A DNA stretch of 64,000 nucleotides from an uncultured Bacteroidales bacterium (GTDB lineage Bacteria; Bacteroidota; Bacteroidia; Bacteroidales; JAGOPY01). Positions 53,414-63,143 of this stretch are shown in pieces. A program made the translations under genes and the position numbers. Within the stretch, counting starts at the first letter, position 1. The number at the start of each line of letters is the position of its first letter. The stretch is taken from contig CAYJNJ010000005.1 of the NCBI GenBank assembly GCA_964371595.1, positions 5,625 through 69,624 on the forward strand. Direction: 5' to 3'. The notes under the pieces were generated by a model, which was not told where the DNA came from, did no database searches, and saw nothing but the letters and a program-made list of their open reading frames with translations.

Positions 53414-54067
53414 TTAAGCCATTTTGTTTTTATTGTTTTTCCCAAAATATTTACAATATTCACTCAATCCGCATTCCCCGCACTTGGGTTTCCTTGCCTG
53501 GCAGATATACCGTCCATGCAGGATCAGCCAGTGGTGCGCTATAGGGATCTTATCCTCCGGGATATGCCTGATAAGCTGCAGTTCGGTTTGCAGGGGTGTC
53601 TTCGCCCCTTCTGTCAGGCCCAGCCTGGCTGCCACCCGGTGGACATGCGTATCAACCGCCATTTTTGGCTGCCTGAATACCACCGAAGCAATGACATTAG
53701 CGGTTTTACGGCCGACACCCGGCAGTTTCTGCAATTCATCAACATCCGGGGGGATTTCCCCGCCGAATTTCTCCACCACCATTCCTGCCATCCCGATAAG
53801 ATGGCTGGTTTTATTGTTCGGGTAAGAACAGCTTTTAATCAATTCAAAGACCTCTTCAGGCTTTGCAACTGCCAGCATTTCGACAGTTGTAAACTTCCTG
53901 AAAAATGGCGGAGTGATCATGTTGACCCTTTTATCTGTGCATTGAGCCGAAAGGATCACCGAAACCAACAATTCATAAGGACTTGAATAATCCAGTTCAG
54001 TTTCAGCAACCGGCTGATTTACTGTAAAATACTCCAGAATTTTGCTGAAACGCTCAGATCTTCTCAT
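53414..54067 (-). CDS. nth: Endonuclease III
   Basis: HhH-GPD LPGVGRKTANV and C-terminal 4Fe-4S cluster CQARKPKCGECGLSEYC. Confidence 0.9.
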   Translation of the reverse strand: MRRSERFSKILEYFTVNQPVAETELDYSSPYELLVSVILSAQCTDKRVNMITPPFFRKFTTVEMLAVAKPEEVFELIKSCSYPNNKTSHLIGMAGMVVEKFGGEIPPDVDELQKLPGVGRKTANVIASVVFRQPKMAVDTHVHRVAARLGLTEGAKTPLQTELQLIRHIPEDKIPIAHHWLILHGRYICQARKPKCGECGLSEYCKYFGKNNKNKMA

Positions 54068-54144
54068 CCAGATACAATAGTTAATCCGGTTTTTTCAAAA
54101 ATATACCCGGTCGGTTAAAAAAATATTTTTCAGCTAGAAAAATA

Positions 54145-54248
54145 ATTCACGCAAAGGCCACAAAATGAAAGAGTAAGATCGCAAAGGAATGTATTGGCAT
54201 TCCATGTTTTGCGAGCTTTATTTTCAATTCGTATTCTTTGCGTGAAAT
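54145..54248. repeat. Nested word palindrome: TTCACGCAAAG ... CGCAAAGGAATG-loop-CATTCC..TTTGCG ... CTTTGCGTGAA
   Basis: Read directly between nth and the small ORF. Confidence 0.75.
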
Positions 54249-54259
54249 TAAGCAGAAAA

Positions 54260-54457
54260 TTAATTTGCCAGTTGATAAACTGTACCTGCTAACTGTGTCT
54301 TCAGGACGTTCAATGCGCTTGAATACCTTAAAATGTTCTGAATGGTTAAATTGCTTGGACCATCCGTGCGGTGGATATTCTCCGATCCACGGTGCTCTAA
54401 GAAGCGGGTTTCCTGGAGATAGTTTTGTAAATCAAGAAGTGTAAAGGTTTTTTCCAT
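54260..54457 (-). CDS. Hypothetical small protein (65 aa) downstream of the sigma factor gene
   Basis: ORF only. Co-oriented with the sigma gene and 86 nt downstream. No motif. Confidence 0.25.
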   Translation of the reverse strand: MEKTFTLLDLQNYLQETRFLEHRGSENIHRTDGPSNLTIQNILRYSSALNVLKTQLAGTVYQLAN

Positions 54458-54543
54458 AGGCTACATACGATGTTTTAAGTCATACATAGCAAACGGATTA
54501 ATCCCTGCTAATATTTTATCTTTTGAAAAATATTTACAAAAAA

Positions 54544-55131
54544 TCAGGCAGTGAGGACAAGGTTTTTATCCTTAATGATTTTCCTGAGATTGATCAATGC
54601 ATACCTCATCCTTCCGAGTGCCGTATTGATGCTGACATCAGTGGCATCAGCAATCTCCTTGAAGCTCATATTCGAATAATGCCTCATGACAAGCACTTCC
54701 TTCTGCTCTTCCGGCAGGAGTTCGATCAGGCTGCGGACATCATCATAGATCTGGTCAGTGATGATCTGTTCTTCTATGGAAGGATCAGTGATCCTAACCA
54801 TGTCGAAAATATCATAATCATCATTGGAGTTGCTGATGACAGGCAACCTTTTGGCACGCCTGAAATGGTCGATGATCAGGTTATGGGCGATCCGCATCAC
54901 CCATTGGATGAATTTTCCTTCTTCTTTGTATGATCCGGAACGGATCGTGTTGATTACTTTGATGAAGGTGTCCTGGAAAATATCGTCAGCCAGTTGATCG
55001 TCTTTAACGACCATAAGGATATAAGCATAAACTTTGCGCTTGTGACGATAGATCAGTTTTTCCAGACTCTTCTCATTACCGCTTAAATATTTACCAATTA
55101 GCTCTTTATCGCTAATGATGGCAGCTTTCAT
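54544..55131 (-). CDS. RNA polymerase sigma-70 family factor (ECF-type)
   Basis: Region 2 (DIFQDTFIKV, WVMRIAHNLIIDHFRR) and region 4 HTH (SFKEIADATDVSINTALGRMRYAL). Confidence 0.85.
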   Translation of the reverse strand: MKAAIISDKELIGKYLSGNEKSLEKLIYRHKRKVYAYILMVVKDDQLADDIFQDTFIKVINTIRSGSYKEEGKFIQWVMRIAHNLIIDHFRRAKRLPVISNSNDDYDIFDMVRITDPSIEEQIITDQIYDDVRSLIELLPEEQKEVLVMRHYSNMSFKEIADATDVSINTALGRMRYALINLRKIIKDKNLVLTA

Positions 55132-55300
55132 GGTGCCTCCTTTTTTTAGGTGAATAATGCTAAAAAAGGGTAAATATTAAGTCGATAAGGGTCCTCCTAT
55201 TAGGTTAGATGAAACAAAATTTCAAGAAAAATTTCGTATTTTGAAACACGAAAGTAGTGCAAATATAGAGAATAAAAACAAAAATGCAAGTGATTTATCA

Positions 55301-55308
55301 TAATTTTG
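55301..55308 (+). promoter_or_regulatory. -7 box TAatTTTG upstream of the second uvrA
   Basis: TAnnTTTG match 35 nt before the ATG at 55343. Confidence 0.5.
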
Positions 55309-55342
55309 CAATTTTTCTAAAAATAAGCATTAACTCTCTTCC

Positions 55343-58168
55343 ATGTCGGGCAACGATTTCAGCCAATTTGACGCCAAAAAGCATATCCTTGTAAAAGGTG
55401 CATCTGTTAACAACCTGAAAAACATAGACGTTGCAATTCCCAGGAACAGGCTTGTAGTGGTAACCGGCCTGTCAGGCTCAGGAAAATCTTCACTTGCATT
55501 TGATACTCTTTATGCCGACGGACAGAGGCGTTACGTGGAAAGCCTGAGTGCTTACGCCCGCCAGTTTATGGGCAGGATGAGCAAGCCAAAGGTGGAATAC
55601 ATCAAAGGGATATCCCCGGCAATAGCCATCGAGCAGAAGGTCAATACGCGTAATCCACGGTCCACCGTCGCTACATCGACCGAAATTTACGATTATATCA
55701 AGCTGCTTTTTGCAAGGATCGGGAAGACCTATTCGCCTGTATCAGGAGATCTTGTCAGGCGAAATACGGTGACAGACGCCACTGATTTTATTCTGTCGCA
55801 AGCTGAAGGGACGAGGGTTACAGTTACCTGCCCCCTGGTTAGAAAAGAAGGGAGGGGCCTCCAGACTGAACTTACGTTACTCCTGCAGCAGGGATTCAGC
55901 CGGCTGGTGTATAAAAACGAGCTGGTCAGGATCGATGAAGCAATAGAATCGGGTAATGTACAGGATGATAAAAGCCTTAAGATCCTTATCGACCGCTTTG
56001 CCACCAACAGCCAGGATGACGAACTCCCTGCGCGGATTGGCGATTCGGTGCAGACGGCTTTTTATGAAGGAAATGGAATCTGCCATGTTGAATTTGAAAA
56101 AGATGGCAAAACCAGCCAGAAAAAATTCTCCAACTCCTTTGAGCTTGACGGGATCATCTTTGAAGAGCCTTCCGTTAACCTATTCAGTTTTAATAATCCC
56201 TACGGGGCCTGTAAAAGATGCGAAGGGTTCGGAAGCATCATCGGCATTGACGAAGACCTTGTAGTGCCAAACAAAGGGCTTTCCATTTTTGAAGAGGCGA
56301 TTGCCTGCTGGAAAGGGGAAAAAATGGGGGAATGGAGAGAAATGCTTGTGTTGAATGCCTATAAATTCGATTTTCCCATCCACAGGCCATTTTATGAATT
56401 AACGGATGAACAGAGGCAGTTGCTCTGGACCGGCAACCAGTATTTTCACGGGCTGGATGAGTTTTTCAGGTTTGTGGAGGAACAGGCTTATAAGATCCAG
56501 TATCGCGTTATGCTTTCACGATACCGGGGAAAAACCGTCTGCCCCGAATGTCTTGGTACCCGTCTAAGGAAAGATGCGAATTACGTAAAAATCGACGGCA
56601 AATCGGTGAGCGAGATCCTGCTGATGCCTGTTACCAAAGGGCTGGAGTTCTTTAAAAAGATAAAATTGTCTGAGCATGACCAGAAAGTAGCACAGCGTTT
56701 ACTTACTGAAATCAATACACGCCTGCAGTTCCTGGAAGATGTCGGCCTTGGTTATTTGTCACTGAACCGGCAGTCATCGACATTATCCGGCGGCGAATCG
56801 CAGCGAATCAACCTTGCCACTTCGCTTGGCAGCAGCCTGGTAGGCTCGATGTACATCCTTGACGAGCCGAGCATAGGTCTGCACCCGCGCGATACGCAAA
56901 GACTGATCAGGGTGCTGATGAACCTCCGAAACCTTGGTAACAGCGTGATCGTAGTTGAACATGATGAAGAGATCATCCGTTCTTCGGATTATATCATCGA
57001 TATCGGCCCGCTTGCAGGAAACCAGGGCGGCGAGGTTGTTTTCGCCGGGACTTTCAGTGAAATGGAAGAGCAGAGCAACACCCTCACTGCGAAATATATC
57101 TCGAGGGAAATGGAAATCCCTCTCCCGTCAAGAAGAAGGAAATGGAAAGATTATATTGAGATCCTTGGCGCGCGGGAAAATAACCTGAAGGGATTCGATG
57201 TGAAATTCCCGCTGCAGGTGCTCACCGTGATCACCGGGGTCAGCGGCTCGGGAAAGTCATCCCTGGTAAGGAACATCCTCTATCCTGCCTTAAAAAAAAT
57301 ACAAGGGGGAAACAATGATAAGACAGGCCGGTTTGGCCGTCTTACCGGCGATATTAACCGTATTTCACTGGTTGAATTTGTCGACCAGAACCCGATAGGG
57401 CGCTCTTCCCGGTCAAACCCGGCTACTTACCTGAAAGCATGGGACGATATCCGCAACCTGTATTCCGACCTGCAGATGTCGAAAGTAAGGGGCTATAAAC
57501 CGGGCTATTTCTCGTTCAATATACCGGGCGGGCGCTGCGAGGAATGTGAAGGCGAAGGGATCGTCAGGATCGAAATGCAGTTCATGGCCGACCTAAGCCT
57601 GACCTGCGAAGCCTGCGGCGGTAAGCGTTTCAAGGAAGAACTGCTTGATGTGAAATTCATGGAAAAGAGCATCGTCGATATCCTTGAGATGACGGTGGTC
57701 CAGGCGATAGACTTTTTCTCCCGGGCCAATACCCACATTTCAACCTGTAAACGGATCGTTGAAAAGCTGAAACCGCTGAATGATGTGGGACTTGGCTACC
57801 TGCAACTGGGACAGTCGTCGAGTACGCTCAGCGGTGGTGAGGCGCAGCGCATCAAGCTGGCTTATTTCCTCACCAAAGGCGGCAACCAGTCGCCCACCCT
57901 CTTCATCTTTGATGAACCCACAACCGGGCTGCATTTTCATGATATCCGCAAGCTGATGGATGCCTTCGACGCCCTCATCGAGACCGGTCATTCCATTATC
58001 GTAATTGAGCATAACCAGGAAGTGATCAAGTGCGCCGACTGGCTGATCGACCTTGGACCTGAAGGCGGCGAAGCGGGCGGGTATATCGTTTTTGAAGGCA
58101 TCCCCGAAGACCTGGTGAAGATTGAAAGATCGTTTACCGGGAAGTATTTGAAAGAGAAGCTCAAATGA
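55343..58168 (+). CDS. Excinuclease ABC subunit A family, paralogue 2 (full length, divergent)
   Basis: 941 aa. [43 protein letters not shown], zinc modules CKRCEGFG and CEECEGEG. Confidence 0.9.
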   Translation: MSGNDFSQFDAKKHILVKGASVNNLKNIDVAIPRNRLVVVTGLSGSGKSSLAFDTLYADGQRRYVESLSAYARQFMGRMSKPKVEYIKGISPAIAIEQKVNTRNPRSTVATSTEIYDYIKLLFARIGKTYSPVSGDLVRRNTVTDATDFILSQAEGTRVTVTCPLVRKEGRGLQTELTLLLQQGFSRLVYKNELVRIDEAIESGNVQDDKSLKILIDRFATNSQDDELPARIGDSVQTAFYEGNGICHVEFEKDGKTSQKKFSNSFELDGIIFEEPSVNLFSFNNPYGACKRCEGFGSIIGIDEDLVVPNKGLSIFEEAIACWKGEKMGEWREMLVLNAYKFDFPIHRPFYELTDEQRQLLWTGNQYFHGLDEFFRFVEEQAYKIQYRVMLSRYRGKTVCPECLGTRLRKDANYVKIDGKSVSEILLMPVTKGLEFFKKIKLSEHDQKVAQRLLTEINTRLQFLEDVGLGYLSLNRQSSTLSGGESQRINLATSLGSSLVGSMYILDEPSIGLHPRDTQRLIRVLMNLRNLGNSVIVVEHDEEIIRSSDYIIDIGPLAGNQGGEVVFAGTFSEMEEQSNTLTAKYISREMEIPLPSRRRKWKDYIEILGARENNLKGFDVKFPLQVLTVITGVSGSGKSSLVRNILYPALKKIQGGNNDKTGRFGRLTGDINRISLVEFVDQNPIGRSSRSNPATYLKAWDDIRNLYSDLQMSKVRGYKPGYFSFNIPGGRCEECEGEGIVRIEMQFMADLSLTCEACGGKRFKEELLDVKFMEKSIVDILEMTVVQAIDFFSRANTHISTCKRIVEKLKPLNDVGLGYLQLGQSSSTLSGGEAQRIKLAYFLTKGGNQSPTLFIFDEPTTGLHFHDIRKLMDAFDALIETGHSIIVIEHNQEVIKCADWLIDLGPEGGEAGGYIVFEGIPEDLVKIERSFTGKYLKEKLK

Positions 58169-58169
58169 T

Positions 58170-58907
58170 TTATCCCAGCCTCTGCCTCACAACCTCGAAC
58201 AGCAGAACCCCGGCAGCAACAGATACATTAAGCGAAGAAATTTCCCCCTGCATCGGGATCATCACCATCTGGTCGCAGATTCTCAGCAAATCCGGCGAGA
58301 TGCCGCTTTCTTCCGAACCCATGATGATAGCTACCGGCCCGGAATAGTCTCCTTTAAAACAGTTTTCTTTAGCATGCTCAGTAGCTGCAACCAGGCCAAT
58401 GCCACTTTCACTGAGGTATTTAGCGGTGGTTTTCAGTGATTTTTCCCGGCAGACAGGTATCCGCAGCAATGCGCCGGCGGATGTCCTGACGGCTTCTTCG
58501 TTGATCTGGGCACTGCCCTGCATCGGGATGATGATGCCATGGACCCCTGCACATTCGGCTGTCCGGCTGATGGCGCCGAAGTTGCGTACGTCGGTGATCC
58601 CGTCGAGGATCAGGAACAGCGGGTTCTGGCCTTCTTCGAAAACCATCTGTACCAGGTTTTCCAGGGTCTGGTAGCTGATCTGCGAGACCATGGCGATCAC
58701 ACCCTGGTGGTTTTTGCGGGTGATGCGGTCGAGCTTTTCCTGCGGTACAAACTGGAACGGGATCTGGTATTCTTTGGCCAGTTGAAGCAATTCGGCGGAA
58801 AAAGCACCTTGCAGTCCTTTTTTGAAGAATATCCTGTCGATTTCCTTGCCGCTCTTTATCGCTTCCGTCACAGGATGCAGGCCGTATATGAAGTTCTCTT
58901 TTTCCAT
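58170..58907 (-). CDS. rlmB: 23S rRNA (guanosine-2'-O)-methyltransferase RlmB (SpoU/TrmH family)
   Basis: N-terminal substrate-binding domain IYGLHPVTEAI plus the SpoU methylase motifs (GNEESGIS-like MGSEESGISP, SLNVSVAAGV). Confidence 0.8.
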   Translation of the reverse strand: MEKENFIYGLHPVTEAIKSGKEIDRIFFKKGLQGAFSAELLQLAKEYQIPFQFVPQEKLDRITRKNHQGVIAMVSQISYQTLENLVQMVFEEGQNPLFLILDGITDVRNFGAISRTAECAGVHGIIIPMQGSAQINEEAVRTSAGALLRIPVCREKSLKTTAKYLSESGIGLVAATEHAKENCFKGDYSGPVAIIMGSEESGISPDLLRICDQMVMIPMQGEISSLNVSVAAGVLLFEVVRQRLG

Positions 58908-58927
58908 GCTTTTCGATGTTACTTTCC

Positions 58928-58957
58928 GAATTTCTAATTTCTAATTTCTAATTTCTA
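58928..58957. repeat. AATTTCT heptamer x4
   Basis: gaatttctaatttctaatttctaatttcta. Confidence 0.85.
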
Positions 58958-58962
58958 TCACC

Positions 58963-60222
58963 CTACCGCCTCCAGCTCTGCACCGTCACAAACCACGGCT
59001 CTTTAAGGGTCGGTGAGCGCAACAGCAGAAAATCATTATCCGTAAAATGATTATTTACCTTAACGAAAGTAAACCGCAACGAGCTTCGGTTCTGCGGTTC
59101 ACCATAGATCCATTCTTCGGTATCTTTTCCCCGGTAAACAAAATCAGGCCTTCCAAAAATGATATAGATCAGGCCGCGGTCAGTTTTCCAACCTTCAACG
59201 TAAGAAGTAAAATACTCGTTGGCTTCCTCTACGTTCGAATAATATTTCTGGATAAGGACTTTTGCCCTGTCAGGGGTCCGGGCCGTATTAAGCCAGAAAT
59301 TATCGACGGCAGCTTTGCTGTTGCTGTCGACAAACAGGGTATCATATTCCTTTTTCGTGGTGATATACCGCAATGGATACCTAAGATCATCGGCGGTGAC
59401 CAGTTCGGGAAACCCATCATGAAAGTTAAATATCGTCAGTCCTTCCCTGGAAACCGTATCTTTCCTGAAATGAAAAAAACCGGGCCTGTCAATGGTAAAC
59501 CAATCGGTTTCGCCATTATAGACAGGTAACAGGAATAAACTGTCAGGCCTGTATTCAAAAACCGGCTCGCGGTCTTCGGTATATGGCGGCCTGGCAACCG
59601 GGAACTCCCTTTTATAATAATTTACAAAGAGATGTGTAAGCGAAGGCTGGTCGGTAACAATTTTAAAAGGTTCGCCTGCCGGGATGTAGTTGCTGAAAAC
59701 CAGGCCCTGGTTCCGGTTCAGGACAAAAAAGTTCTGCCTGCCATAAACAGAAGTCTTTTTAACCTCAACATACTTTACCGAAGCCGACTGCCTGTTAAAA
59801 TCGAACAAGGTGACCTCCAGCAGGTAATTCGCAGGGGCTTTGACTTTGATATCAAATGAATGGACAAAGCCTGAATTCTTGCCGTAATTCAGTGAATCTC
59901 CCGAAACAAGGGTTGCAGTCTGCAGGATATCTTTTGATTCATAATCGCTGGTAAGCTTGTAGCTAAGCCGGTAAGAACAGGCATAAAGGCCTGAATACGG
60001 GTCTTTCTCGTAAAGAAGGTCGCCATAAATTACTTCAACGAACAAAGTTGAAGTTGAATCCGAGGTATGATAGACCCAGCTGTCGAGATCGGCAAACTGA
60101 CGGTCCTTCTGGTAAAGCGATACAAGGTTATACAGGCTGACTTTCGCAGGTGCCTTGCAGGCTGAGGCGAAAATCAGTAAAACTATAAGGTGCAGCAGTA
60201 TTTTAAGATGCCAGTTCCTCAT
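58963..60222 (-). CDS. GWxTD domain protein (secreted)
   Basis: Signal peptide. GWKTDRGLIYIIFGRPD motif near the C-terminus. Confidence 0.8.
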   Translation of the reverse strand: MRNWHLKILLHLIVLLIFASACKAPAKVSLYNLVSLYQKDRQFADLDSWVYHTSDSTSTLFVEVIYGDLLYEKDPYSGLYACSYRLSYKLTSDYESKDILQTATLVSGDSLNYGKNSGFVHSFDIKVKAPANYLLEVTLFDFNRQSASVKYVEVKKTSVYGRQNFFVLNRNQGLVFSNYIPAGEPFKIVTDQPSLTHLFVNYYKREFPVARPPYTEDREPVFEYRPDSLFLLPVYNGETDWFTIDRPGFFHFRKDTVSREGLTIFNFHDGFPELVTADDLRYPLRYITTKKEYDTLFVDSNSKAAVDNFWLNTARTPDRAKVLIQKYYSNVEEANEYFTSYVEGWKTDRGLIYIIFGRPDFVYRGKDTEEWIYGEPQNRSSLRFTFVKVNNHFTDNDFLLLRSPTLKEPWFVTVQSWRR

Positions 60223-61534
60223 CTTCTGGAAGCAATTTATCTCCTAATGATTTCTCCGTTTTAATTCCAAGTTTTTTAAGCAATTCGGTTTGCCTCACAA
60301 GGTTACCTTTTCCGCTCACCAGCTTTTTATGGGCATCCTGGTAGGTATTCTGCAATGAATTGATCTGCCCCCCTATCTTCTCCAGGTCGTTTACAAAGTT
60401 CACGAACTTGTCGTACAGGCTCCCGCCCTGACGTGCGATCTCCATGGCATTCTGCGTCTGCTTCTCATGCTTCCAGATCGATTCCACCGTCTTTAATGTT
60501 GCCAAAAGGGTCGTCGGGCTGACCATCACAATACGTCTTTGCCAGGCATAGTTGAAAAGCTCGACGTCATACTGGATAGCAAGGCTGAATGCCGATTCCA
60601 GCGGCATGAAAAGCAGCACGAAATCCGGGGAATCGAGGGTGACTGCATCCATATAGCTTTTTTCACTCAGTCCCCTGATGTGCTCCCTGACTGAATCGAC
60701 GTGCGCTTTCTGCCAGCGGTCCTTTTCGGTGTCGTCAGGGCTGTTGATATATCGGTCATAAGCAATGAGCGAGACCTTGGAGTCGATGATAATGTGCTTG
60801 TTTTCAGGAAGGCGGATCACCACATCGGGCCTTAGAATAGTCCCGTCTTCAGAGCGGTCGGTGAATTGGGTAAAATATTCCTTGCCCTTCTCCAACCCTG
60901 ATTGCTCAAGGATGCGGTCAAGGATCATTTCACCCCAGTTCCCCATCTTTTTGGAATCGGATTTCAGCGCTTTGGTCAGGTTATTCGCTTCTTCGCTGAT
61001 CTTCGTGTTTAATTTGTGAAGACTTTCAATAGCATCCAGAAGCTGGGTTTGTTCCACAAGTCCCTTCTGGTAAGTATCATCGACCTTCTTTTCAAACTTG
61101 TCGATCTTTTCTTTTAAAGGAAGAAGGATATCACCGATATTCTTGAGGTTCAGACTGGTGAACTCCCTTGAATTTTCTTTGAGGATTTTATTGGCGATAT
61201 TTTCGAATTCGGAAGTGAATTTCTTCTGAAGGTCTTCCAGGTCTTTTTTTTGCGTGCTTAATTTTTCTTCAAGATTTTTAAAATCGGCATCCTGCCTGGC
61301 AAGGGAAATGGCCAGCTGATCCTTGGTTTTTCTTTCTGAAAATATTTCTTCATTTAACTTATTGCTCTCATTCTGGAAGGCAGCCAATCTTTCCTGCATA
61401 ACACCCGCCTCTTTATCCAGTTTCAAAATCTGGTCGCTGAGCAACGATTTCTGCTTTCTTTCCAGGCTTTTCATGATCAATACGGTAACCAGTACCCCAC
61501 CCAGAAATGATAAAACTATATACAGGATCAACAT
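60203..61534 (-). CDS. rmuC: DNA recombination protein RmuC
   Basis: N-terminal TM helix, long coiled coil and a C-terminal RmuC nuclease-like domain (RPDVVIRLPENKHIIIDSK). Confidence 0.85.
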   Translation of the reverse strand: MLILYIVLSFLGGVLVTVLIMKSLERKQKSLLSDQILKLDKEAGVMQERLAAFQNESNKLNEEIFSERKTKDQLAISLARQDADFKNLEEKLSTQKKDLEDLQKKFTSEFENIANKILKENSREFTSLNLKNIGDILLPLKEKIDKFEKKVDDTYQKGLVEQTQLLDAIESLHKLNTKISEEANNLTKALKSDSKKMGNWGEMILDRILEQSGLEKGKEYFTQFTDRSEDGTILRPDVVIRLPENKHIIIDSKVSLIAYDRYINSPDDTEKDRWQKAHVDSVREHIRGLSEKSYMDAVTLDSPDFVLLFMPLESAFSLAIQYDVELFNYAWQRRIVMVSPTTLLATLKTVESIWKHEKQTQNAMEIARQGGSLYDKFVNFVNDLEKIGGQINSLQNTYQDAHKKLVSGKGNLVRQTELLKKLGIKTEKSLGDKLLPEDEELAS

Positions 61535-61590
61535 TGGAAATTTTTTGATAAAGTTAAATAAATAGGCTTGTATAGGCTTATTAATACGAG

Positions 61591-61598
61591 TAAATTTG
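61591..61598 (+). promoter_or_regulatory. -7 box TAaaTTTG upstream of the TonB-like gene
   Basis: TAnnTTTG match 28 nt before the GTG at 61627. Confidence 0.45.
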
Positions 61599-61626
61599 GC
61601 TATATTTACAATCTAACTTCAATGGA

Positions 61627-62442
61627 GTGAAAAAGCCTGCTCTTTTTATTTCGGTCATATTGTCCCTTTGCTTATATGTCCTTCAGACCTCATATTCGCA
61701 GAGTTATGCACCTGCAATGACATACGGCGAATCAAAGCTGATCCCCGATTTTCTTTGCTCAGAAGTCACCTATCCTGAAATGGCAATAGAAAATGGCATT
61801 GAAGGTGAAGTGGTCATTGCTTTTACTGTTGAAAAAGACGGTACGGTAAGCAAAGCGAAGATATCACAATCTGTGAGCCCTGAAGTGGATGCTGAGGCAC
61901 TGCGGCTTTTCCGGATGCTGCTGTGGGAACCTGCCGTAAGTATGGGCCAGCCAGTGGTTTCGGAAAACCTTTATACTATTGATTTCAATATTAAAAAATA
62001 CAACAAGCATTGCAAACAACGCGGCTACGTTGCAACAGATTATCCTTTCCAGCCTGTTGACAGCTCGAATTTCGTTTTTGGTTACCCGGCAACAGAAAAG
62101 AAGCCTTATGCCGTTTTTGAAGAGAAAGGAATGACAGTGGGCGCCTTTATTGCTAAAAATATCAAGTACCCGGAATCTGCTTACAGGCAAAACCTTTCAG
62201 GAAAAGTCGGGCTGAGGTTTGTGGTCGAGCCAACAGGAAGGGTTTCCAATATCAAAGCGCTTGAGCCCGTCGGGGGCGGATGCACGCAGGAAGCTATCCG
62301 GCTGCTTCAGATGCTCCGCTGGATGCCGGGGATTAAAAACGGCATGGCGGTCAGGACTTTCATGAATATCGATATTGAATTCAAATTGCCGGAAGATTCC
62401 GACATGAACATGTTTGAAAACGGATCGATGAATTCAAACTGA
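61627..62442 (+). CDS. Energy transducer TonB-family protein with two TonB C-terminal domains
   Basis: Two YPE.A...GIEG.V...F.V...G.V-type modules. GTG start with a signal/anchor. Confidence 0.65.
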   Translation: MKKPALFISVILSLCLYVLQTSYSQSYAPAMTYGESKLIPDFLCSEVTYPEMAIENGIEGEVVIAFTVEKDGTVSKAKISQSVSPEVDAEALRLFRMLLWEPAVSMGQPVVSENLYTIDFNIKKYNKHCKQRGYVATDYPFQPVDSSNFVFGYPATEKKPYAVFEEKGMTVGAFIAKNIKYPESAYRQNLSGKVGLRFVVEPTGRVSNIKALEPVGGGCTQEAIRLLQMLRWMPGIKNGMAVRTFMNIDIEFKLPEDSDMNMFENGSMNSN

Positions 62443-62444
62443 GC

Positions 62445-62921
62445 TTATCTAAGCCTGTCGGCAGAGCGCACAAGCTTTTCATCCTTCATGATCGAGCGGT
62501 TTGCCAGGATAAGGAAAACCAGGGAAACCAGCGTAAAGTAGATCCCTGTCTCGTCAAGGTAATCAGGGGAAGCTGCCAGGTTGGTTTCAATAATACTGGC
62601 ATAAACAAAGAAAATAAGGGCTATAAGCACAATTTGCAACAGGATTGCTAAACGAACGACCTTCATCTGGGTACTCCTGTTTTTAAAAAGGAAAATACTT
62701 CCTATTGCCATGGCACCTACGAGGATATTGAGCAATAACAACGGGAATGTTGTCATAAATGAAAACATGGAAGCCTCGCCCGGGACCATATTCACCAGGC
62801 CATATACATAAAATTTGTAAGTTGCTGTCGTGGAGTATATCCCTGCCAGGGGGAAAAAGAAGAGGATGACTGTTGCAAGAAAAGCAAGGAACAAAAAGAC
62901 GGATTGTATTCGCTGAAGCAT
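62445..62921 (-). CDS. Multi-pass membrane protein (DUF4293-like)
   Basis: MLQRIQSVFLFLA N-terminus and 4-5 TM helices. Family assignment is from memory. Confidence 0.55.
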   Translation of the reverse strand: MLQRIQSVFLFLAFLATVILFFFPLAGIYSTTATYKFYVYGLVNMVPGEASMFSFMTTFPLLLLNILVGAMAIGSIFLFKNRSTQMKVVRLAILLQIVLIALIFFVYASIIETNLAASPDYLDETGIYFTLVSLVFLILANRSIMKDEKLVRSADRLR

Positions 62922-62939
62922 TGGAATCTTGATTAATAA

Positions 62940-63035
62940 TTTACATTTTACAATTTACTTTTTACAATTTAAAATCTGGAACATTGGAACCCTGGAACGC
63001 TGGAACCCTGAACCTGGAATTTGGAATTTGGAATT
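62940..63035. repeat. TTTACAATTTA-type words (62940-62971), then CTGGAACM octamers (reverse complement of the GTTCCAG family) and GGAATTT x3 (62976-63035)
   Basis: Read directly. Confidence 0.85.
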
Positions 63036-63092
63036 AATTTCAGGTGCAAATATAAAAACTAAAAACAAATGACCCGTTAGTCAAAAGCTTCT

Positions 63093-63100
63093 TAATTTTG
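63093..63100 (+). promoter_or_regulatory. -7 box TAatTTTG upstream of lgt
   Basis: TAnnTTTG match 44 nt before the ATG at 63144. Confidence 0.45.
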
Positions 63101-63143
63101 CGCCTGACGAATGATAGTGTTCACATAGGCTGACCTTATTTTC

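Noticed and set aside
55343-58168. Second uvrA as an assembly duplication of the first
   Set aside because: The two sequences differ throughout at both protein and nucleotide level. They are genuine paralogues.
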